Source of the DNA: Promethearchaeati archaeon
GTDB taxonomy: Archaea > Asgardarchaeota > Atabeyarchaeia > Atabeyarchaeales > Atabeyarchaeaceae
Length of the DNA stretch: 64,000 nt
Assembly: GCA_019058495.1 (NCBI GenBank)
Contig: JAHPYV010000002.1
Span: forward strand, 3,143-67,142
Direction of reading: 5' to 3'
The notes beneath the pieces are model-generated. The model ran no database searches, was not told where the DNA came from, and worked only from the letters and a program-made list of their open reading frames with translations. Shown here one piece after another: positions 47,264 through 55,300 of this stretch (positions are counted from its first letter, which is position 1; each line of letters begins with the position of its first letter). The position numbers and the translations under genes are program-made.

Positions 47264-48757
47264 GTGAATTCAACTCCTGCATTGGGGTGGACGATGATGG
47301 GTTACTCCCGCTATAATAGCGAAAATCCTTCAGCCACGTCAGCTGAGGAACTTGCAGCTGATTATGTTGGCATTGAACGATTCTTCTCCCCTAAGAATGT
47401 GGTCGTTATTGGCGCGTCGAACAGTCCAAGAAGGTTTGGCTACAACGTTATGAAGAATCTGATCGAAGCAGGTTTTGATGGAAACATTTTTCCCGTGAGC
47501 CTGAAGGAAAATATCGTATTCGAGAAACCCGCGTATAAGAGTGTGCTCGACATAAGTGATCCCATTGATCTTGCAATCATTATCATTCCAGCAGCCATAG
47601 TCTCCAGCACCGTTGAGGAGTGTGGAAAAAAAGGTATTAAGGCTATAAGTGTACTCTCTGGCGGCTTCAGCGAAGTTGGGACCAAGGGAGCCGAACTTGA
47701 GAAAGAGGTTACGAGAGTTGCCGAGAAATATGGAATTCGAATAGTCGGTCCCAACTGTGTTGGAACGATGAACACTCATAGAGATCTCAACGCTTCTTTT
47801 GTTATGTACTCAGTGAAAGGAAACATGGGGTTTATCACCCAAAGCGGAGCACTGGGTGCAGCCTGCTCATATGTATCCAAGAGAGAAAAGCTCGGATTCA
47901 GTAAATTCGTAAACCTAGGGAACGCTTGCGATGTCTCTGTCCCAGAGATAGTAGAGTACTACGCACGCGACCCCGACACTAATGTCATTGGTATCTACTT
48001 AGAGGGAGTTAAGGATGGTCGGGAGTTCCTCGATGCCATTAGTGAAACCACACCCATAAAACCTATAGTTGTTGTCAAAGCAGGTCGAACCGAGCAGGGC
48101 GCAAAAGCAGCATCTTCACATACAGGATCGCTTGCAGGGTCGGACAGGATCTATAAAGCGTTATTCAAGCAGAAAGGAGTTGTCAGAGCCAACTCTTTGT
48201 TTGAGTTAATCGATGTCGCCAAAGCGTTTACAAAGCAACCGCTTCCAAAAGGAAAACGGGTCGGAATAATAACCAACGCTGGCGGTGCAGGCGTTCTGGC
48301 CACTGACGCTTGCTCCGATAACGGACTGACCGTGCCGTCTTTAACGAATGAAACCGTGAAGGCGCTCAGATCGTTTCTCCCAGATGTTGCAATACTCAAC
48401 AATCCAGTGGACATAATAGCAAGCGCTAACAAAGACTGCTATCTTAAAACCACGGAGATCGTCGCGGCTGACAAGAACATAGATGCCTTGATAGTCAACT
48501 GTGTTGTTCCAACGTTCTTAGGTATGAAACCCAGTGAACACGCTGAAGGCGTCGCAGGAGCCTATCACAATAAAGTCAAAGAGTACGGTAAACCTGTCGT
48601 ATCTTGCTGGATGGCAGGAGAGCTTGCCGAACCAGGAAGGGAGATCCTCGAAAAAATAGGCATTCCATCATACTCCTCACCAGAAAAAGCAGCAATCGCT
48701 CTCTCATACATGGCAGATTACCGCGAATTCGTCAACAGAGTAAAGAAAGGGAAGTAG
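47264..48757 (+). CDS. acetate--CoA ligase (ADP-forming) alpha-type subunit (CoA-binding + ligase-CoA domains)
   Basis: FFSPKNVVVIGASNSPRRFGYNVMKNL, GPNCVGTMN and SHTGSLAGS (phosphohistidine loop). Confidence 0.85.
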   Translation: MNSTPALGWTMMGYSRYNSENPSATSAEELAADYVGIERFFSPKNVVVIGASNSPRRFGYNVMKNLIEAGFDGNIFPVSLKENIVFEKPAYKSVLDISDPIDLAIIIIPAAIVSSTVEECGKKGIKAISVLSGGFSEVGTKGAELEKEVTRVAEKYGIRIVGPNCVGTMNTHRDLNASFVMYSVKGNMGFITQSGALGAACSYVSKREKLGFSKFVNLGNACDVSVPEIVEYYARDPDTNVIGIYLEGVKDGREFLDAISETTPIKPIVVVKAGRTEQGAKAASSHTGSLAGSDRIYKALFKQKGVVRANSLFELIDVAKAFTKQPLPKGKRVGIITNAGGAGVLATDACSDNGLTVPSLTNETVKALRSFLPDVAILNNPVDIIASANKDCYLKTTEIVAADKNIDALIVNCVVPTFLGMKPSEHAEGVAGAYHNKVKEYGKPVVSCWMAGELAEPGREILEKIGIPSYSSPEKAAIALSYMADYREFVNRVKKGK

Positions 48758-48779
48758 CGGCACTACTCTATGACTCAAG

Positions 48780-49823
48780 GTGAAGACAGTGCAAAGTTCA
48801 GCGAAGGGCTTCAGGGAAGGCGATTTCATCGAGACACACGACAGCTTGATCTTTGATGTTAAAGGACTCTTCCATCCGCCTGACCGAGTCATAGCCTTCT
48901 TGAGATATTACCCTTCTGAAGCAGGTGAAAGAATCAGAAATGGGGTGGCGTACGAAAAGGTATACTCTCTGAATGATCGTTTCAGCTTTCTCAAGAAGAG
49001 ATACCCGTCATACATTTACTTTGACAAGATCTTCGACTCCATCATGCAAGGTGTTCCCAAGAAAGATGTAGCTCATGTCTATCAACCGAGCGAAAAGCTG
49101 GCTGAAGTCACGAATAGCCTTAAGAACTTGGATGATCTTGAGAAGGATTCAATAGAATTCTGTGAGATTCTCTCGAGATCTGCCGAGATACCTCTAAACA
49201 AACTGGGCTTGACAGGGTCGATTCTTGTTGGTCTCCACAGACCTGAGTCAGACATAGACGTAATTGTCTATGGCTACGAGAACTGCGTTGCAGTTTACGA
49301 CGCGCTTGGCGCTCTCTACAGCGATCCTCAATTTGGAGTTAAACCCTACGGTGACAACGAACTTAAGAAACTATTCAAGTTCAGATCATCTGACACATTC
49401 ACTGAATGGGGATCCTTCTTGGCAACTGAAAAGAGGAAGAGACTTCAGGGACTCTTCAAGAACCACGATTACTTCCTACGTTTCATCAAAGATTGGCACG
49501 AGTCGGATAAGAGGTATGGCGACGTAACTTACAAATCCCTAGGTCCAGTAGTAATCAGGGCCACGGTTGCCGACGATAGTGAAGCACTCTTCACACCATG
49601 CACGTACAAGATCAAGGGTACCCAACTGGTTAGGGGACATGAAGCGGGAGAGGCCATGATAAGGGAAGTTGCTTCATTTAGGGGACGGTTCTGTGAAATA
49701 GCGAGAAAAGAAGAACACATAAGTGCAAAAGGAAAACTTGAGCTTGTCAGCGATAAATTTGGCAATACGTATCGCCGCGTCATTGTTGGTGGAGAAAAGG
49801 ACGACTTCTTGACACTGGCTTAA
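48780..49823 (+). CDS. uncharacterised Pol-beta-type nucleotidyltransferase with C-terminal OB-fold-like domain
   Basis: NTase motif GLTGSILVGLHRPESDIDVIVYG in the middle of a 347-aa protein. The C-terminal beta-rich region resembles an OB fold. Confidence 0.6.
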   Translation: MKTVQSSAKGFREGDFIETHDSLIFDVKGLFHPPDRVIAFLRYYPSEAGERIRNGVAYEKVYSLNDRFSFLKKRYPSYIYFDKIFDSIMQGVPKKDVAHVYQPSEKLAEVTNSLKNLDDLEKDSIEFCEILSRSAEIPLNKLGLTGSILVGLHRPESDIDVIVYGYENCVAVYDALGALYSDPQFGVKPYGDNELKKLFKFRSSDTFTEWGSFLATEKRKRLQGLFKNHDYFLRFIKDWHESDKRYGDVTYKSLGPVVIRATVADDSEALFTPCTYKIKGTQLVRGHEAGEAMIREVASFRGRFCEIARKEEHISAKGKLELVSDKFGNTYRRVIVGGEKDDFLTLA

Positions 49824-49870
49824 CAGAATTATATCAAATACCACCGCAAAAGATAGAAAGGGAAACCAAT

Positions 49871-50929
49871 TTGAGAAAACCCAAAGATCGTGACTTCATT
49901 AGAACCAACGAAGATCTAATATTCTGTGTTGTAGGATACCTCCATCCGCCTGACAGACTGCTAGCTTATCTCAAATATATTCCAAGTGACAGCGGGATAT
50001 GGGCTGCAGGAAACTTGCACTTCAAGAGAATGATACGGTACTACTCGTCTAAATCCGTCAGTGACACATTTTTCTTTTTAAAGAACAGATACCCAAAGTA
50101 CCTATTTTACTTCTACATAGACAATATCACTTTTCCTTGCGTTCCTTACTCCGACATCAAAGAGTATTATAAACCGGAGGAGAAATTAGCAGAATTAGCT
50201 AAGGAAGGAGAGAAACTTGATGCACTTCAATTAAGGGCAGTGGAGTTGGCGGAGTATTTGTCCGATAAAGCTGGAGTCCCTTTTGAGAGATTTGGAGTCA
50301 CTGGTTCAATCTTACTGGGAATACATAATCTATTAATTTCCGACGTGGACCTCACGATCTATGGGCACAAGAACGCATTGCTTGTGAAGCAGGCTCTGAT
50401 TGAAGAATACAAGAAAACTGAAATCCCATTAAGGCTAAGGCAACTAAATAGAAATGAAGTAGAGGAGTGGTGCACCAAAAAGACAAAACAATTCTCAATC
50501 GATTATGAATCTGCGGCGCTGATCTTGAAGAAGAAGTGGAACTTCGGATTCTACAAGGAAAAGTTCTTTTCCATTCATCCGATCAAACTTGACTCTGAGA
50601 TAATTGAAAAGTACGGTGAGAAAAAATTTGCAAGTGAAGGCACGGTGGAGATTACTGCAAATGTTGTTGATAACACGGAGGCGCTATTCAACCCTGCCTC
50701 CTATAAAGTGAGTGAAGTTCGAATCTTAAAAGGTTTGAAGGTTAACGACATAAAGGAAGTCGTTTCTTTCGAAGGCGTGTTTTCCGATCTTGCTTCACCG
50801 AATCAACTTATTAGCGCTAAAGGAAACTTGGAGGTTGTCGTGGACGTAAGAAGTAAGGAAACGTATCACAGAGTAGTGGTCGGTTCAAAGAATGTTGGCT
50901 CTCCTGAGCTTATGATTCCTGTCTCTTAG
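49871..50929 (+). CDS. uncharacterised nucleotidyltransferase-OB protein (paralog of upstream gene)
   Basis: Collinear with 48780..49823 (DLIFCVVGYLHPPDR, GVTGSILLGIHNLLISDVDLTIYG, ISAKGNLEVV). Confidence 0.6.
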   Translation: MRKPKDRDFIRTNEDLIFCVVGYLHPPDRLLAYLKYIPSDSGIWAAGNLHFKRMIRYYSSKSVSDTFFFLKNRYPKYLFYFYIDNITFPCVPYSDIKEYYKPEEKLAELAKEGEKLDALQLRAVELAEYLSDKAGVPFERFGVTGSILLGIHNLLISDVDLTIYGHKNALLVKQALIEEYKKTEIPLRLRQLNRNEVEEWCTKKTKQFSIDYESAALILKKKWNFGFYKEKFFSIHPIKLDSEIIEKYGEKKFASEGTVEITANVVDNTEALFNPASYKVSEVRILKGLKVNDIKEVVSFEGVFSDLASPNQLISAKGNLEVVVDVRSKETYHRVVVGSKNVGSPELMIPVS

Positions 50930-50957
50930 GCAGAAGATGTGATGCAAAATCGGTTGG

Positions 50958-51293
50958 TTATAGGAGTTGCGCGGTTGTCTCTTGGGGCTTGTATCTCAGC
51001 AGATGCGAAGTTATTTTCTCTTTTGGGTTCCTACGGTCATCACCTTCGGGAGTTCCTCCTATGACTCTGTCGAATTCTCTGTCTTCTTTTCTGGGTAGTT
51101 CGTGGCAGCGGTCTCGACGTATCTCATCTGTGTGTGAATGACACGCATGTATTATTCTTTTGGCTCTTGCAAGTGAAATCGCTTGCTTTGCTTCTTTTAA
51201 CGCTATGCCTTCCTCAATTAATAATTGTTCCATCTCGTCTACATTGCGGAATTTGATTTTCGTTTTGGCAAATACTTGTTCTATTGCTGACAT
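50958..51293 (-). CDS. hypothetical protein
   Basis: 111-aa ORF with a helical N-half and a CHSH...CH cluster. No family recognised. Confidence 0.35.
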   Translation of the reverse strand: MSAIEQVFAKTKIKFRNVDEMEQLLIEEGIALKEAKQAISLARAKRIIHACHSHTDEIRRDRCHELPRKEDREFDRVIGGTPEGDDRRNPKEKITSHLLRYKPQETTAQLL

Positions 51294-52274
51294 ACGTTGG
51301 TTTTCGCTAATGGTTATCGTCCTCCTTCATTCTTAGCGTCATCCTAAGTGCTCCCTGTTTCCTATCCTGCGGAAACCCTGTTTCTTTGCCGAACATTCTA
51401 CTATCCTCTCTCGAAGCCGTCTGCGGCACCCATTCGACGCTATGGCGTCGAAGCTGGATCGCGTTGCTTCGAGTGATTGGCAAGTGGGATGAGTTGGCTG
51501 CGAGAGCATTCTTCGCTTTCTGATCGTTTTCCGTCGGAGCGCGATCGAGGAGTGTCTGGATCCGAAGCCCGCTCCATCTTCATGGACGAGTAGGGTCGAC
51601 TAAGCACACTTTTGATCCATAAATAGGATCGACTTCTGATGCCGCTGTTGAGCGATGAGAAACAACCCGCCCGATCAGCGAAGTGCGAGATTCTTGAGAG
51701 TGACAGGATAAACCTCAGACCGATTCGCCTTTCCATCACAGCAGAGTTTCTTTCTGATTTGTTTGGGAGAGCTGAACTATCAGAGGCGATGCAGAAAGAA
51801 AATGAGAGGACAGACTGATGAACTAGAAACCCAATGTGCACGAGTCATGACTTGCGTAGTAGTTCCCCAATCAACAATTGCATAACTAGGTGTTGCAGTG
51901 TTAGTTTGCGGCGAAATCCCAGAGAATTGGAAAATCGATTGTAGCGCTCATACTTAAACGCAAGTTGCCGACGACAATCGATTGATCTTTTGGGAGCAGA
52001 CGTCGCGCACACTTTCAGAACCACTTAGTATAGGCGGACACATTACCCCTCTTCTATTTTTGCTTTGTTCATTGGAACCATTGCGCTACGGGTCGAAAGA
52101 CCGTTAGAGAAAACCAAAGACTCCATCGAAGAGAATAAGATATACTATGTATCTCACTCTTCCTTCCTCCTCCCCTATTACAATCGATCCCAATTTTCAA
52201 TACAGCTACAAAAGTCACGTTACATAGGTAAAGCACGCGTCAAAGTAACATCTGAGTCCACCTATAACAGTCCG

Positions 52275-52380
52275 ACAAAGAGGTTCTCAGGAAGACCATT
52301 GCGAGATCCATCCTAGCCGACCGTCCCCCTCTGGGGCTTTGAGTCGGTTAGTCATTGCGATCCAATCTGAACCTCTTTGT
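52275..52380 (-). promoter_or_regulatory. SECIS-like element (eukaryote-type AUGA_AA_GA architecture) overlapping the 3' end of the VhuU-like ORF
   Basis: Minus strand. Helix I: ACAAAGAGGUU (52380-52370) pairs with AACCUCUUUGU (52285-52275). AUGA at 52355-52352. Helix II: CUAACCGAC pairs with GUCGGCUAG. Apical UCAAAG, mini-hairpin CCCC-AGA-GGGG, and 3' GA at 52312-52311. Confidence 0.6.
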
Positions 52381-52501
52381 TAACTAACTCCTTACCGTTC
52401 TCGTCTACCACAAGGAGATGTGCCGCGCAAGAAAGTCAGCAATCGTAACACCTTATAACCATCTCCAGTAGGTTAAGAACTTTCTCATCAACGTCTGCCA
52501 T
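52352..52501 (-). CDS. vhuU: VhuU-like selenocysteine-containing peptide supplying the C-terminal Ni-ligand motif of the [NiFe] hydrogenase large subunit
   Basis: My own translation: MADVDEKVLNLLEMVIRCYDC-U(TGA 52438-52436)-LSCAAHLLVVDENGKELVNKEVQIGSQ*. Matches the large-subunit C-terminus ...R.YDPC..C..H plus protease-cleaved tail. GAGGT lies ~13 nt upstream of the ATG. Confidence 0.75.
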
Positions 52502-52527
52502 TTGGTTTTTTACCTCTTTTTATAAAA

Positions 52528-53901
52528 CTACTTCAAGCTGATCATGGGTTTTGGTAATTTCAATTTTTCATGTGCTTTGTCTTCAATTATCTGTTTAGCA
52601 ATAACCTTCAGTGACTTCTCGATTGCACCGATATTATGATTTGTAGCGACTATCAGATTTGCTTTGGTTATTATCCCTTCCTTGTCAGTCCAGTAGTTGT
52701 GGATCAAGTTTCCTCTCGGCGCCTCAACCACGCCGACGCCGTTTCCTTCACGTGGCTCTACTGTTTCGAGCTTATAGTCCTTGCTCACAATATCTGGATC
52801 CTCAAGCAACTTCTTCGCTTTTCCTGCCGCGTCCAATATCTCTATCACTCTCGCCCAATGATATGCAAATGTCGCGTGGCATGGTCTTCCCACTTTGGCT
52901 CTCAATTGCTTTAGCGCTTCGTTTCCTCTTGGTGTAGCCATCTTGTCAACCACATTTATCCTTGCGAGTGGTCCTGCTCTCCATATTCCATCTGGGTAAC
53001 CAGCTGGCTTATAGAAGAGGTGGGTAGCATAGCAATGCGGTACAACCTTCTCTCCCGCAACGTCCACGTATTCTGCAGCGGGAACTTCCGCTTCGATCTT
53101 ACCTGAAGGGGACATCACTCTAATGTTACCATCATATAAGTTGTGTTCTCCATTCTTGGCTAAACCAATGTAGTATGTTTCGACAACGCCGATTTTTGTT
53201 ATGACATCCCAGTAGTCCTCAACTATCTTCGTTACAAGTCCTAAGCTGAACTCGGCAAGCTCTATGGATCTATCCATTCTCTTAATCCACTCATCTCTCT
53301 GGGTCTCGGTGAGTCCTTTAGTCATCCCGCCAGGTATCGCCGTAACAGGATGAACAGATTTCCCTCCAACTACAGCGCACAATTCCTGCGCATGCTTCAT
53401 GAGTTCAATGGCTTTCTTCGCTGTGTCAGGCATTTTGTTGATCACGGTGACAATGTTTCTTGTTTCTGGCGGAGCGAATGGTCCAAGAAGAAAATCTGGA
53501 GATGCAAGAACATACAAGTGAAGCGCATGACTACTGATCTGCTTTGCCAGTAAGAGCAGTTCTCTGAGCTTCTTTGCTGAATCAGGCGGGTTGACTTTCC
53601 AAGCGTCTTCGACAGCTTTTACGGAAGCTATATGGTGTGGCTCAGGGCAGATCCCGCATATACGTGGCGCTATGATTCGAGCATCTTCAGCAAGTCTTCC
53701 TTCAAGGAACTTTTCGAAGAATCTCACAGAATTAACGTTGAACTGAACGTCTGAGACCATGCCCTTGTTGAGCTTTATCGTGACAGAACCGTGTCCCTCA
53801 AGGCGTGTAATGGGCTCGATCTTTATCTCAGTTTCCTTCTGTTCCTTTGGTTCCCTGACTTCCTTAGCCACGCTTGCCTTACCTTTCACTCTTTGACCCA
53901 C
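52528..53901 (-). CDS. mvhA: F420-non-reducing [NiFe] hydrogenase large subunit, lacking the C-terminal DPCxxCxxH motif
   Basis: RLEGHGS and N-terminal Ni ligands RICGICPEPHH. Ends ...IVATNHNIGAIEKSL...KPMISLK* without the C-terminal Cys pair. Confidence 0.88.
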   Translation of the reverse strand: MGQRVKGKASVAKEVREPKEQKETEIKIEPITRLEGHGSVTIKLNKGMVSDVQFNVNSVRFFEKFLEGRLAEDARIIAPRICGICPEPHHIASVKAVEDAWKVNPPDSAKKLRELLLLAKQISSHALHLYVLASPDFLLGPFAPPETRNIVTVINKMPDTAKKAIELMKHAQELCAVVGGKSVHPVTAIPGGMTKGLTETQRDEWIKRMDRSIELAEFSLGLVTKIVEDYWDVITKIGVVETYYIGLAKNGEHNLYDGNIRVMSPSGKIEAEVPAAEYVDVAGEKVVPHCYATHLFYKPAGYPDGIWRAGPLARINVVDKMATPRGNEALKQLRAKVGRPCHATFAYHWARVIEILDAAGKAKKLLEDPDIVSKDYKLETVEPREGNGVGVVEAPRGNLIHNYWTDKEGIITKANLIVATNHNIGAIEKSLKVIAKQIIEDKAHEKLKLPKPMISLK

Positions 53902-54796
53902 TCCTGATCTTGGATATCAGTGATGACGCATATGTGAACTTGTACAGCTGCCCCACAGGATCCTTGAATGCCGCAAGCATCTTCTTCGGTTCCATATCCG
54001 CAATCCCTCCAAAGGTCCCAATTAGTCTTGCTCCTTGATCGGTGACGCCATCAGGAGGACCATTGCATCCCTTGCACGGATGGTTTGCATTCGGACATTG
54101 AGCACCGCAACCAGCTCGTGTTCCAGGGCCCATGCAGATGTAACCTTGATTAAGAAGGCACTTCTCTGGGTCTGGCCGCCCTTCGAAATCCCTGTGAAAC
54201 TCCTTTATGTTCTTCTCCTCTTTCTTCCTCTCACATTCGTCGCAAACAGACTTAATCGAATGCTCAAGAGGCTTCCCAGTAAGTAGCGATAGAGCTGCAT
54301 TGGCAATCTCAGTGGAAGTTGGAGGACAACCAGGGAGATAGGCATCAACCTTGACTATTTGATCATTTCGGGGAATGAACTTAGTTATAGTTGGCAAGTT
54401 TTGCGAAGGAATGGTGTCTCTGTTGACGACCGTATCGGCTTTGATGAATTTCCTGTCAAGAAGTTCGCTCCTCGTGGAAAGATTTGCTAAGCCAGGTACG
54501 CCTCCAAAGGTGGAACACGTACCGAGGGCAACTAGAGCCTTAGCTTTTTCTCTGCATAATCTGAGGAGATGCACATCTTCTTCCGTTCGGCATAGGCCTT
54601 CAACAAAAGCCGCATCTAGCGAACCTTTTGGGAGCTTCTCAAGGTGATCAAGTTTGAAATCCACGGCAGCAACCCAATATTGAATATCAAGCAAAGGTAT
54701 TACATCAAGCAGCTTCTCATGCAGATCGAAGAGTGATTGGTGGCATCCCCAACAGCTTGATAATTGCATGAAAACAACTTTCTTCTTGTCAGCCAT
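53879..54796 (-). CDS. mvhG: F420-non-reducing [NiFe] hydrogenase small subunit
   Basis: LSSCWGCHQS proximal-cluster motif plus further Cys clusters (GTCSTFGG, CDECERK, CPNANHPCKGC). Confidence 0.88.
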   Translation of the reverse strand: MADKKKVVFMQLSSCWGCHQSLFDLHEKLLDVIPLLDIQYWVAAVDFKLDHLEKLPKGSLDAAFVEGLCRTEEDVHLLRLCREKAKALVALGTCSTFGGVPGLANLSTRSELLDRKFIKADTVVNRDTIPSQNLPTITKFIPRNDQIVKVDAYLPGCPPTSTEIANAALSLLTGKPLEHSIKSVCDECERKKEEKNIKEFHRDFEGRPDPEKCLLNQGYICMGPGTRAGCGAQCPNANHPCKGCNGPPDGVTDQGARLIGTFGGIADMEPKKMLAAFKDPVGQLYKFTYASSLISKIRSGSKSER

Positions 54797-54810
54797 GTTT
54801 GTTCAGCTTC

Positions 54811-55287
54811 CTAACCGAGCAGGTCCTTTTCATCAACAGTCTGCTTCGGTCTGTTATTCTTCATCGGATTTGGTCCAAGTTTCTTGAGTACCCTTACGTA
54901 GTCTTTCACAACTTCTGCAAGCTTGCTGCCCTCACTTGCTGATATCCATTCAAGGCGAAGGCGTTCTGGTTCTAAACCCGTTTGTTGGATGAGCTTCTTC
55001 AGAAGATACACGCGCCTCTCAGTTTTGTAGTTACCGTTTACGTAGTGACAGTCACCAGGGTGACATCCCGAGACAAGAACTCCGTCTGCGCCGAGCTCCA
55101 ACCCTTTGATCATGTACTCTGGGTCAAGCCGACTTGTGCACATGACCCTGACGAGTCTTAGATTAGGCGGGTATTGTATTCTGCTTGTTCCAGCCATATC
55201 AGCACCGGCGTAGGTGCACCAGTTACACACAAGACCGAGAATATAAGGCTCGAACTCTTTGCTTTTACCGCTGTTTTGCTCAACCAA
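54811..55287 (-). CDS. mvhD: methyl-viologen-reducing hydrogenase delta subunit
   Basis: LVCNWCTYAGAD...VMCTSR...VSGCHPGDCHY, typical of MvhD. All Cys, no in-frame UGA. Confidence 0.88.
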   Translation of the reverse strand: MVEQNSGKSKEFEPYILGLVCNWCTYAGADMAGTSRIQYPPNLRLVRVMCTSRLDPEYMIKGLELGADGVLVSGCHPGDCHYVNGNYKTERRVYLLKKLIQQTGLEPERLRLEWISASEGSKLAEVVKDYVRVLKKLGPNPMKNNRPKQTVDEKDLLG

Positions 55288-55300
55288 ATAATACCCTCTC

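Noticed and set aside
51372-51384. GAAAC...GTTTC hairpin resembling CRISPR repeat termini. CRISPR arrays were looked for across the whole window.
   Set aside because: It is a single copy with no regularly spaced direct repeats anywhere in the window and no cas genes.
51442-51603. Plus-strand frame MASKLDRVASSDWQVG-TGA-VGCESILRF... giving a U-x-x-C motif, considered as a possible small Trx-like selenoprotein.
   Set aside because: It is only ~53 codons, so too short for a thioredoxin fold. The sequence is implausible after the motif, there is no SD and no SECIS-like structure downstream on that strand. Most likely a chance UGA.
51440-51841. 133-aa minus-strand ORF inside the ORF-poor spacer.
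   Set aside because: It is Ser/Arg-rich with low complexity, has no start context and lies in a locally GC-rich stretch where random ORFs lengthen. It is more likely non-coding.
51294-52274. Group II intron, RNase P RNA, SRP RNA or tRNA-Sec in the spacer downstream of vhuU.
   Set aside because: I could not find GUGYG / domain V, GGAAAGUCC, SRP helix-8 motifs, a T-loop (GTTCRANYC) or a UCA anticodon stem-loop by eye. This remains unassigned rather than excluded.
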